Origin: Candidatus Nanoarchaeia archaeon
Lineage (GTDB): Archaea; Nanobdellota; Nanobdellia; Woesearchaeales; JANQNC01
Assembly: GCA_028279745.1 (NCBI GenBank)
Contig: JANQNC010000001.1
Coordinates: 1,230,001 to 1,262,000, forward strand
Length of the DNA: 32,000 bases
Direction of reading: 5' to 3'
This document shows positions 21,719-29,302 of the stretch, in pieces. Numbering within the stretch: position 1 is the stretch's first letter; each line of letters starts with the position of its first letter. Below the pieces are notes generated by a model. It did not search any database. It was not told the origin of the DNA and worked only from the letters and a program-made list of their open reading frames with translations. The translations under genes were made by a program, and so were the position numbers.

Positions 21719-21742
21719 GGAAAGCCCACTACCCCCTTATAT

Positions 21743-22603
21743 ATGAAAAGAAAAATCATCGAATTAGGCAATAAATGCATGGTAACAAGTCTACCCATAA
21801 AATGGGTCAGAGCAAGAAACCTGCAGAAAGGAGATGAGATAAATCTACAAGAATCAGGCAATGATCTAGTAATTTCTTCAAAAGAATCACAAAAAGAATC
21901 AATAACAATCAACGATCTAGAGAATGCAACAGAAAAAGATTTGAGAACTTTGGTATCATCAATATACCGAAGAGGATACGATGAAGTAATACTAGAAACA
22001 AAGTCAGAATTCTCATTTGCAGAAATAAACAGGATAGTAGACACATTAACAGGATATGTAATTACTGAGCAAACACCAACTAAAATTATAATAAAGAATA
22101 CAATCAAAGAAGATTTTGAAGATTTGAACTCTTTAATGATCAAGTTATTCACAACAACACACTACTTTAATGAGGCAGTAATCAAACATGTTCAATCAAA
22201 AAACAAAGATGAATCAGAAATTGACCAGTTAAGGATGTCAATCATGAGAACAAGAGACTATTGCCAAAGAATGATAAGGCTAACACAACATGAAAGAAAC
22301 AAATCACATGAATATGATACAATAATGTTCTTACTAGAAAGGATAGCTTGTGATTATCATATGATCGCAAGATTCAAAGACATAACAGACAAAGGCGGAA
22401 TCCAAAGGATGAAAGATTTCAATGAGTATCTTGAAGGATTAAGCAAAGTTTTACAAGATGAAGACAAAGAGAAAGGACTAGTTCTAAATCAAAAGATAAG
22501 ACAAACACTAAGAAAGCAGTATGAAAGAAAAGCAGCACTTACTTTGCCTATTATTGAGAATATGTTTAGTTTGTCGATATTAATCCTTGGAAGTCTGGCT
22601 TGA
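21743..22603 (+). CDS. AbrB/SpoVT-domain plus PhoU-like regulator (archaeal 'phosphate uptake regulator' architecture)
   Basis: MKRKIIELGNKCMVTSLPIKWVRARNLQKGDEINLQESGNDLVISS is an AbrB swapped-hairpin pattern. It is followed by a ~230-aa helical region. The start is trimmed from the GTG at 21686 to the ATG at 21743, 24 nt downstream of TTTATAAA (21711-21718). Confidence 0.7.
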   Translation: MKRKIIELGNKCMVTSLPIKWVRARNLQKGDEINLQESGNDLVISSKESQKESITINDLENATEKDLRTLVSSIYRRGYDEVILETKSEFSFAEINRIVDTLTGYVITEQTPTKIIIKNTIKEDFEDLNSLMIKLFTTTHYFNEAVIKHVQSKNKDESEIDQLRMSIMRTRDYCQRMIRLTQHERNKSHEYDTIMFLLERIACDYHMIARFKDITDKGGIQRMKDFNEYLEGLSKVLQDEDKEKGLVLNQKIRQTLRKQYERKAALTLPIIENMFSLSILILGSLA

Positions 22604-22981
22604 TTTTTCTTCTTCTCTTAATGCGTCAAGTCTACCCAAACTTCTATAGTACTTACTTATCTCTGTCTGGTTATAATTTGTTATCTCTTCTGGCCAAGTC
22701 TTAATGTTTTCATGTATCTGGAGATATGTTTCATCACCCATATCAAAGAAAGTGATCCCTTTATCTATAAGTGAAACTAAAGTAATGGTATTATATTCTG
22801 ATTTTGGATAATAATTAAAACCCAAATAACCATCTTTATTATCTGGAGAGACCATAATCAGACCTACTCCGCATTGATCTACCACTACAGATCTGAGAAG
22901 ATGTATGTTATCATCTCCATCTTCTAATTTGATACTTGAGTTTACAATCTTTTCTAATTCGGGTGGTAAGTCTAGTTTCAT
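22580..22981 (-). CDS. hypothetical protein (133 aa), last gene of operon C
   Basis: ATGA overlap with the upstream gene. Its 3' end overlaps the convergent AbrB-PhoU gene by 24 nt. No family recognised securely; there is a faint SUKH/SMI1-like flavour (LPPELEKIV...). Confidence 0.55.
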   Translation of the reverse strand: MKLDLPPELEKIVNSSIKLEDGDDNIHLLRSVVVDQCGVGLIMVSPDNKDGYLGFNYYPKSEYNTITLVSLIDKGITFFDMGDETYLQIHENIKTWPEEITNYNQTEISKYYRSLGRLDALREEEKSSQTSKD

Positions 22982-23529
22982 TTTTTATTTTTTCTCAAAG
23001 AATAGAAATATCTCCATTTACTTCCGGGGTTTCCTATGCCCATAGCTTTTCTTTCTAAAATTCCTTGTTTGAACAATCCATTAAGGTATTTAGAAGCAGT
23101 ATCATAGTGTATCTCTGCAGCTTCTGAGACATGACGAACGGTGTAATTTGCTTCGTTAGTGAAGAACACCTCTATAACTTTTTGTTTAATCGTTTTCTCA
23201 CCTCTAAGAAGGGCTCTACCCATACGACTGTAAGATTTCTTAGCTGGTGTTCCGCCAATGCTCATACCTAGTATACCGAACCTCTTTTGGTACTTTTGGG
23301 TTAAGTTTCGTATTTCAATTTGAATATCTTCTTTTATGCTAGGATCATCTATTGAAAGTAGTTTGTCAATTAAACCACTTGCTTTTTCAAAATCATCTTG
23401 TTTAAAAAACGCATTTATTTTTTCTACGTAACTCATGGCGAGTTTATAGTTTGAGTTCATTGGTTTAGGTGCTTCAGTTGGTCTTGGTGTCTTGGGTTTT
23501 GTATTAACCCCATAATCTTGTTGTGTCAT
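22978..23529 (-). CDS. winged-helix DNA-binding protein (183 aa) with a disordered N-terminal region
   Basis: C-terminal YTVRHVSEAAEIHYDTASKYLNGLFKQGILERKAMG...WRYFYSL gives an HTH plus wing. SD GAGGT upstream. Confidence 0.6.
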   Translation of the reverse strand: MTQQDYGVNTKPKTPRPTEAPKPMNSNYKLAMSYVEKINAFFKQDDFEKASGLIDKLLSIDDPSIKEDIQIEIRNLTQKYQKRFGILGMSIGGTPAKKSYSRMGRALLRGEKTIKQKVIEVFFTNEANYTVRHVSEAAEIHYDTASKYLNGLFKQGILERKAMGIGNPGSKWRYFYSLRKNKK

Positions 23530-23536
23530 TTTTGTT

Positions 23537-23872
23537 TTACCTCTTTTTCTTTTTTATTTTATATGATTTAATCGCATCAAAGTGGAATACAATCCCTCCA
23601 ACGTATCCTGGATCAGGTGTTTCTTTTGAACTTTTGAATTTACCTGAAGCCAATCCTATCTTTTCTTCATCAATCTGATTTACAAAGCCGATAAATATTC
23701 TGTCTGAGTATGTCTGATAAACTTCATCGACTCTCATGTATGTTGGAACTCCGCCAGTAGCTACCATCTCTATCTTAGCGTCAGACCTTAAAGAGATCTC
23801 TAGCTGGTTTCCAAGTTCAACATTGTCTTTCTTCATCTTTAATCTCATTCTATCTTGTTCTGTAGTTTCCAT
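23537..23872 (-). CDS. hypothetical protein (111 aa from second ATG)
   Basis: GGAGGT lies 8 nt upstream of the ATG at 23872 but only 2 nt from the ATG at 23878, so the second ATG is preferred. Confidence 0.5.
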   Translation of the reverse strand: METTEQDRMRLKMKKDNVELGNQLEISLRSDAKIEMVATGGVPTYMRVDEVYQTYSDRIFIGFVNQIDEEKIGLASGKFKSSKETPDPGYVGGIVFHFDAIKSYKIKKKKR

Positions 23873-23884
23873 TTTCATTACCTC

Positions 23885-24169
23885 CTATCTTAACATAGTA
23901 TTTATCAAAAGCTTAACCGATAGTTCTGTGTTCTTGATGTATTCCTTGTGGTAAACTTCAACATTAACTATCTTATCATCACCTGGATGGGTTTCATTGT
24001 AGTGTTTAGCTAAAGCATGAGTTTCTACAAACATCCTGTAAGATCCTATAAAAAACTCTGTGTGGACTGGGTTGGCAGTAGTTGCGCCACCCATAAGATA
24101 CTCAAAGAACTTTTTAGCATTATCAAAGTTCTTTTCTGATTGTGTCAATATTTTTTCTCTTAAGTTCAT
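23885..24169 (-). CDS. hypothetical protein (94 aa)
   Basis: ATGA overlap with the upstream gene. No family recognised. Confidence 0.5.
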   Translation of the reverse strand: MNLREKILTQSEKNFDNAKKFFEYLMGGATTANPVHTEFFIGSYRMFVETHALAKHYNETHPGDDKIVNVEVYHKEYIKNTELSVKLLINTMLR

Positions 24170-24651
24170 TCTTCGCCGATAATCTGATAAGTTTTCTTTG
24201 CTAGATCAATGTGGACTGCTTCGCCTTTTTCTATATCTCGTAGCGATTTAATTTGGATCTCTTCTTTTCTCATGAAATATTTTGGGAAAAAATCAAGTGT
24301 TTCCAGATGACCAACCATGACCAAAGCGTCCGCTTTGTCTCTATTTTCATTAACAAGATCCAGCAGGTTATTCCTAAACTTAGGGTCGTAGGAATAACCC
24401 GTTGGAGAATCGCTTCCGGTCCAAAGATACTGGATCTGCTCAAAATTAGGATCTAGGTGTAAGTGATGAGAAAGTTCCATAGAGCTATCTACTGCTCTAG
24501 GGGCAGTTGAAGAAACTAAGTAGATAGAACCTTCTTTAACAATACTTTTGATCTCTTTAGCTAAGAAATTCATCTGTTGTTTACCAAGTTCATTTATTCT
24601 GTAATCAGGTCCATCGTAGTCTGCATGTCTTGTGATGAATAAATGTTTCAT
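24166..24651 (-). CDS. histidine phosphatase superfamily protein (SixA/PGAM-like, 161 aa)
   Basis: N-terminal LFITRHADYDG (RHG-type motif), SSTAPRAVDS, and VMVGHLETL (second catalytic His). Confidence 0.7.
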   Translation of the reverse strand: MKHLFITRHADYDGPDYRINELGKQQMNFLAKEIKSIVKEGSIYLVSSTAPRAVDSSMELSHHLHLDPNFEQIQYLWTGSDSPTGYSYDPKFRNNLLDLVNENRDKADALVMVGHLETLDFFPKYFMRKEEIQIKSLRDIEKGEAVHIDLAKKTYQIIGEE

Positions 24652-25193
24652 TTTGTATATTGTCCCTTGAGCTTTCTTCCAAAATTATGCAGTTTCAGAG
24701 AGAGTTTGGACTTTTCTTTTGTTTCTCTAACGAACATTATGTACTTTTTGAAAACGTCAACTATTCTGCCTGTTAGAAAGTAATCTTCTTTGATTGATAC
24801 GGGATGTAAGTCATAGTTTGTACCATTTAAAGAAAAGTAAAATGTGAAATCATTATCTCGGTGAGGTCTATGTGCTTTTTCCCAGTCTTTTTCAGCGGGT
24901 CCAATGTGGTTATATGTTTTAATGATTTTTGGAAACTCAATCTCAAGCCCTTTGTATTTAATCTCATTTAGATCTCCGGGGATAGTCATTAACAAAAACC
25001 TTCTAACAAGGATATCTCCCGTTATATCAGAACCACTTTCATTTCTGATAAGTCTTTCCCTCCACCCACTTGTGTTAAATAGATATTTGGGTTTTTCAGC
25101 TTCAAGTGAACTGATAAGATCTGTTAACACTTCTCGAGCCGCAAGTCTTCTTACAAAGCAAGAAGGCGAGTTTAATTCTTTTTCTTTATCCAT
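24648..25193 (-). CDS. hypothetical protein (181 aa)
   Basis: SD GGTGAG upstream. 4-nt overlap with the downstream gene. No family recognised. Confidence 0.55.
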   Translation of the reverse strand: MDKEKELNSPSCFVRRLAAREVLTDLISSLEAEKPKYLFNTSGWRERLIRNESGSDITGDILVRRFLLMTIPGDLNEIKYKGLEIEFPKIIKTYNHIGPAEKDWEKAHRPHRDNDFTFYFSLNGTNYDLHPVSIKEDYFLTGRIVDVFKKYIMFVRETKEKSKLSLKLHNFGRKLKGQYTK

Positions 25194-25195
25194 TT

Positions 25196-25504
25196 TTATC
25201 TCACCAAAACTTCAAAAACTTTGTTTGAAAGAACATCTTCAGGCTCGTGAACTTTTCTTTCTCTGGGTTTTGTGTTAACAGCAACGCCCTCAAGTTTACT
25301 GCCCTTAACAACATCATAGAATTCATCAAACCCTTTGGGGTAGAGCACTCTTATGCTTGTAGTTCCGGGAATGATATGTCTGGAAAAAGCAAGGTCGTTA
25401 AACTGAGAATAGCCTTTAAAACGAGGGGAGATGCCCTCGTCTACACATCTTGAGATGTATTGATCGACTGTTCCATCTTTTGAATTATCATACCAACCTA
25501 CCAT
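25196..25504 (-). CDS. hypothetical protein (102 aa), first gene of operon C
   Basis: Leaderless-type start 23 nt downstream of the TATA-like part of promoter module C. The N-terminus MVGWYDNSKD faintly echoes MVGIAIFYDSKK of the first gene of operon A. Confidence 0.55.
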   Translation of the reverse strand: MVGWYDNSKDGTVDQYISRCVDEGISPRFKGYSQFNDLAFSRHIIPGTTSIRVLYPKGFDEFYDVVKGSKLEGVAVNTKPRERKVHEPEDVLSNKVFEVLVR

Positions 25505-25527
25505 AACAGCATCAGAAAAACTAGAAG

Positions 25528-25570
25528 TATTTATTCTAAATCCTTATAATTCATAGTGAACATTATAGAT
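25528..25570 (-). promoter_or_regulatory. conserved promoter/operator module, copy C (heads operon C, 25504->22580)
   Basis: The plus strand reads tatttattctaaatccttataattcatagtgaacattatagat. The 15-mer atagtgaacattata is identical to copy A. The TATA-like end lies 23 nt from the ATG at 25504. Confidence 0.7.
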
Positions 25571-25571
25571 T

Positions 25572-25934
25572 TTAGAACGGAAGGCTTTCTAAATATTCAA
25601 TAATCTTGTCAGATAGCTCTTTAGAAACTTTATCATAGAATTTAGCAGTTGCTTTGGTCTCAAACTTTTTTAAGATTCTGCTATCATGCCAAAGTTCTAA
25701 GCTTTTAGGTTTGAGCATGTATTTGAATGGGTAGATCTTAAGCTCTATCGTGTCGCCAGGTTCTAGTTTATCGCCATACTTGCTTGCAAGATCAGTAAGA
25801 ATATTCTCTTCATTATTTATTGTAGTGATTATGGTCCTTAACGAAACCTTTTCAGCTTCTTGATTGATCCTTTCTTTAACTTTAAACTCTTGATCTGAGA
25901 TGTAATCTTTTAACTGTTGTAGTGAGTAAGACAT
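25572..25934 (-). CDS. hypothetical cytoplasmic protein (120 aa)
   Basis: The ATG lies 22 nt downstream of CTTTAAATATT (25957-25964) with no SD. No family recognised. Confidence 0.55.
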   Translation of the reverse strand: MSYSLQQLKDYISDQEFKVKERINQEAEKVSLRTIITTINNEENILTDLASKYGDKLEPGDTIELKIYPFKYMLKPKSLELWHDSRILKKFETKATAKFYDKVSKELSDKIIEYLESLPF

Positions 25935-25956
25935 TCTGGAAAGAATGGATAGTTAA

Positions 25957-25964
25957 TATTTAAA
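25957..25964 (-). promoter_or_regulatory. TATA-like box for the 25934 gene
   Basis: Minus-strand TTTAAATA, 22 nt upstream of the ATG at 25934. Confidence 0.5.
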
Positions 25965-25967
25965 GAT

Positions 25968-26228
25968 TCACTTTGCATTATCAAAAAGTAGTCTCTGGAA
26001 GAAAAGAACTGTCCACAACCCTGCATTAACACCAGTAACGATTGTAGAATAAAAAAGATCTAAAGAAAAGAAACCAAAAGTCATAGCATAAAGACCAATC
26101 GCAGTAATTCCTGAAGTCGGTAATGTGATAAAACCTTTTCTTAACTTGAAACCATGATTAACTTGACAGGCTATAGAAAAAGTAAACAAAATGTTGGATA
26201 TAGAAATTAAAGTGTCTTGCCACATCAT
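25968..26228 (-). CDS. small 3-TM membrane protein (86 aa), possibly SemiSWEET/PQ-loop-like
   Basis: Three hydrophobic segments in 86 aa. The first ends in ..FSIACQVNHGFKLRKG, which resembles the PQ-loop motif with CQ for PQ. ATGA overlap with the aroE stop. The match is weak. Confidence 0.45.
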   Translation of the reverse strand: MMWQDTLISISNILFTFSIACQVNHGFKLRKGFITLPTSGITAIGLYAMTFGFFSLDLFYSTIVTGVNAGLWTVLFFQRLLFDNAK

Positions 26229-27178
26229 CTTAGCCAGTCAATAACACTCCTCATTATATCCTCATCAGAAGCATCAAACTTAATATTAGAAACTGCATAC
26301 TTCATAGTGTTTGTTATATCTTTTTTAGGTATCTGTTCAGAAGCATGAACATACTCAAAAGCTTTAACAGCTTGATGCAAAAGCATCCATCTGCCATCTA
26401 TAGCGATGTGGTCTTCTTTCAGAGCACTCTCTAAGAAATAACTTCTGTGACCGTAAACTATGTCCATACAAACTTTTTTCTTGCCTGCTAATTCATCCTT
26501 AGTGAAGATTGGTTTGCTATTATTCTTTTCAAAAGGTAAAGTGTTGATTACAATATCTGATTTTCCAAGAACTGATAAGAAAGGTTCAGAATAACCTCCT
26601 TCATCAAGAAGATGTATTGGGGTTATCTTTTTACCATATTCTTTAGCTCTTGCGCTAAGTGATTTTGCTTTAGCATAAGTACGGTTTGCAATATAGGTTT
26701 TGCCGCCTTCTTCTGCGCAAGCAACTGCAACGGCACAACCAGAACCTCCTGCGCCAAGAACTAAGACATTTTTTCCTTCAATATTTGTATGTTCTTGTAA
26801 AGGTGTAACTGCACCATAACCATCAGTGGAATGACCATAAATCTTTCCGTCTACCTTATGAACTGTGTTAACACCACCAACCATCTTAGCTAATTTATCA
26901 ACTTCAATCAAAGGATGGCAAGCAGTTGGTTCTTTGTAAGGATTTGTAACATTAAAACCTAGAAGCTTATCATGTGTTAATAATAGATCAAGAACTTCTG
27001 TTAAGTCAGAAGGGTGAACATCAAAAGGTATGTATTCAGCATCAATGCCTCTAGAGACATAGACAGCATTCCACATAACTCTAGATTTGCTGTAAGTTGA
27101 AGGATTCTCACCGATAAGACCTACAACTTTCTCATGTTCACTGTTATCGATTAACCATCTTATTTCATTAGGTGTCAT
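26225..27178 (-). CDS. aroE: shikimate 5-dehydrogenase
   Basis: GLIGENPSTYSKSRVMWN..., GFNVTNPYKE, GGVNTV, GHSTDGYG, VLVLGAGGSGCAVAVA. Leaderless start 22 nt from the TATA box at 27201-27209. Confidence 0.85.
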   Translation of the reverse strand: MTPNEIRWLIDNSEHEKVVGLIGENPSTYSKSRVMWNAVYVSRGIDAEYIPFDVHPSDLTEVLDLLLTHDKLLGFNVTNPYKEPTACHPLIEVDKLAKMVGGVNTVHKVDGKIYGHSTDGYGAVTPLQEHTNIEGKNVLVLGAGGSGCAVAVACAEEGGKTYIANRTYAKAKSLSARAKEYGKKITPIHLLDEGGYSEPFLSVLGKSDIVINTLPFEKNNSKPIFTKDELAGKKKVCMDIVYGHRSYFLESALKEDHIAIDGRWMLLHQAVKAFEYVHASEQIPKKDITNTMKYAVSNIKFDASDEDIMRSVIDWLR

Positions 27179-27200
27179 GAAAGTTGGAATTATGGAGTAA

Positions 27201-27209
27201 TATATAAAA
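27201..27209 (-). promoter_or_regulatory. TATA box for aroE
   Basis: Minus-strand TTTTATATA, 22 nt upstream of the ATG at 27178. Confidence 0.55.
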
Positions 27210-27261
27210 TAATGGGTGCGGCCTTTTTAGACTTACTTTAGAGTAGTAAAATATGGAAAAA

Positions 27262-27269
27262 TTTATATA
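27262..27269 (+). promoter_or_regulatory. TATA box for the 27292 gene
   Basis: TTTATATA, 22 nt upstream of the ATG at 27292. Confidence 0.55.
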
Positions 27270-27291
27270 CTCTTTTTGTCTACCCGATAAC

Positions 27292-27918
27292 ATGAATAAA
27301 AAATCTATCTTACTGGCAGTATGGCTAACGGCTGTAGCAACATTTGGAATCAGGAATTGTGAACTTGTGAGTGCAGTCAAACAAAAGGTTAACACAGTCA
27401 AACAAGAGAGAAAAGAAGCAGCTGATAAAAAGTTCGTTAACATCGAGTCCACTAAAAAAGCAGAAGAATTCTTTGAGGCATATGAGGGTTTTAATGTTAA
27501 AGGCAATTATAGAGGCAGAACGTGTAGATTTGAAGTAAATAGATCCTTTAACATGGCTATACGTTACAGCCCGAGGGACCATAATTATGATAAGGAACAT
27601 TATATCCAAACAACTTCGTGGGCGGAATGTGTCATGTATGATTACAATAATGACCTAAGACCTGATAGGTTAGATTTTACTATAAGAAATAGTGATAATG
27701 AGGTCTATACAGAAGGAACAAATCAAAATACTCTTATCAAAATGGCAAACAAGTTGGGTGAAACCACTTTTGTTGCGTATAGATCAAACTTGGACGAGTT
27801 TTCAAAACAAGAAATGAAAAAAATATTTAGAGATTCTGAAAAAGAGATGAAAGGAATTTACAATAAGCTTGGAGTTAGATCAAAACTGAGAAAGTATAGA
27901 TCTCCATTTAGGAGATGA
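27292..27918 (+). CDS. secreted protein, conserved-signal-peptide family member 4 (208 aa), dispersed copy on the opposite strand
   Basis: The start is trimmed to MNKKSILLAVWLTAVATFGIRNC (ATG at 27292, 22 nt downstream of TTTATATA at 27262-27269). Same FG[IV][KR]xC ending as the three tandem members. Confidence 0.7.
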   Translation: MNKKSILLAVWLTAVATFGIRNCELVSAVKQKVNTVKQERKEAADKKFVNIESTKKAEEFFEAYEGFNVKGNYRGRTCRFEVNRSFNMAIRYSPRDHNYDKEHYIQTTSWAECVMYDYNNDLRPDRLDFTIRNSDNEVYTEGTNQNTLIKMANKLGETTFVAYRSNLDEFSKQEMKKIFRDSEKEMKGIYNKLGVRSKLRKYRSPFRR

Positions 27919-27937
27919 AAAAAGATATTCTTTTTTT
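27919..27937. terminator. AT-only palindrome between convergent genes (bidirectional terminator candidate)
   Basis: aaaaaga-tat-tcttttt, with T-runs readable on both strands. It fills the 17-nt gap between the stops at 27918 and 27936. Confidence 0.4.
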
Positions 27938-29297
27938 ACTTTAACTTTAGATCTCCAATCTCTACTCTGAATGCTGCATCTGGATCAATATTGTGCTTTA
28001 CAAGATCTGCGAAGTATTGAGGCAGTCTTATAAAATGACTTGCATCTAAAGTAGCATCCGTATTCTTAATAATTATGTCGTAGTCTAGATCTTCTACTCT
28101 TTCGCTTGCAAGCTTTGTGGGATCGAAGAATACAATACCTAGTTTGGTTTCTCCATAATAATCATACATCTTAACACCCAATAGATACCTGTGCTCTGAT
28201 TCTGTTCTTGCTCCAAAATACCAACCTTCCAAATTTTTGTTTATAGGTTGTATAACTTCTTTAAGAGCATACGCTGAAAGAGCTGCAAAATCTGTACAGT
28301 CTCCAAATACTAGATTTTTATTCTTTTTGGAACCTAACATATTTTGTAAATATCCTTCGTCAGATCCATCTTTGTCTTGGCCATATTTCTGTATCCTGGA
28401 ACGTGAGAAATATTCAGAGAAGGCTATTGCTTCAGTCGCACTTAGTTTAGAAAGTTTCTCTTTAGCTTCTGAAGTGTCACTAACTCCAAGAAGATCAGTC
28501 ATCCTTTCTAGCGTAAGACTTCTTGTCAAAAATCTGTTTCGTATCCTAAGTTCGCTGCAGATATGGTCTAAACTCATATGTGGGTGAGAGTTCATCCAAT
28601 ATGCAAAGAAAGGGTCTTCTTTAGGAGCTTTATTTTTTAGAGATTCTGCTTCTTTTAATGTGTATAAACCTTTAAGCAAGCCAGCTCTGAATTCCATGAC
28701 CTTTTTTGAGATCATATGGGCTAACTTAAGCCTCTTACGATTACCTTCTTTTTGATCTTTTGGAAAGTCAATTCTGTCAAATGCTTTTTGTAGATTATTA
28801 TAGTTTGCAGTGAAAAAAAGATGAGATATTTTATGGTAGTGGTCTTTAAATGCAACCCCGTTATCTGTAAGATAATCAAATAGGTCATCCCATTGTTTTT
28901 TTAGGCTGTGATTTTCATCAACTTGCCAACCAGCTCCAAACTCTACGTTTCGGTTTATGCCCATCTTGAAACTTCGCCAGTCGCTTAATTTGTCATTCAG
29001 TGATTCGGGGATTATTGTACGGTCAAATCCAAGTGTTGGTTCTTCAAGCGCTCTGAGCAGAAGGAGATTGGAAGGAGTGTTTTTTAATTCATTTAGTGTG
29101 TATGTTCCTCTTTTCAGTCCGAAAAAAGCAGTATCTGGAACAACCCAGTCAATGGATGCGAACTTGTTGTTATCATATCTGTTAGATACGCTTTTGGTGT
29201 ACCCTTCACTAAAATGTTTTGTTAGGTCTTCACTATTTGTTCTTGTGCTTAATCCTAGTGCTGTGATAAGTGCTATTGTTAATATTTTTCCTTTCAT
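27936..29297 (-). CDS. secreted protein with C-terminal transglutaminase-like (papain-fold) domain, catalytic triad apparently intact
   Basis: Signal peptide MKGKILTIALITALGLS (ATG at 29297 with AGGTGA SD; the track start is GTG). The C-terminus FGDCTDFAALSAYAL...SEHRYLLGV...IVFFDPTKL matches the Cys/His/Asp core pattern G.C..FA.L ... H....V ... FDPT. Confidence 0.65.
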   Translation of the reverse strand: MKGKILTIALITALGLSTRTNSEDLTKHFSEGYTKSVSNRYDNNKFASIDWVVPDTAFFGLKRGTYTLNELKNTPSNLLLLRALEEPTLGFDRTIIPESLNDKLSDWRSFKMGINRNVEFGAGWQVDENHSLKKQWDDLFDYLTDNGVAFKDHYHKISHLFFTANYNNLQKAFDRIDFPKDQKEGNRKRLKLAHMISKKVMEFRAGLLKGLYTLKEAESLKNKAPKEDPFFAYWMNSHPHMSLDHICSELRIRNRFLTRSLTLERMTDLLGVSDTSEAKEKLSKLSATEAIAFSEYFSRSRIQKYGQDKDGSDEGYLQNMLGSKKNKNLVFGDCTDFAALSAYALKEVIQPINKNLEGWYFGARTESEHRYLLGVKMYDYYGETKLGIVFFDPTKLASERVEDLDYDIIIKNTDATLDASHFIRLPQYFADLVKHNIDPDAAFRVEIGDLKLK

Positions 29298-29302
29298 TTT
29301 TT

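Noticed and set aside
21686-21742. N-terminal extension of the AbrB-PhoU ORF from the track's GTG start at 21686
   Set aside because: The extension would run through the conserved promoter module and the gene's own TATA box (21711-21718). The AbrB domain begins right at the ATG at 21743, which has the canonical 24-nt TATA spacing.
25196-25504. Homology between the first genes of operons A and C (both start MVG..(F/W)YD(S/N).K)
   Set aside because: The similarity is limited to about 10 residues and the rest does not align by eye. It may reflect the shared promoter-proximal sequence rather than protein homology.
8420-25934. Integrated virus, plasmid or other mobile element
   Set aside because: I could recognise no integrase, transposase, Rep, packaging ATPase or capsid-like gene, no flanking direct repeats and no tRNA target. 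The many small RHH, wHTH and zinc-ribbon-type genes and the private promoter module keep the idea alive only weakly.
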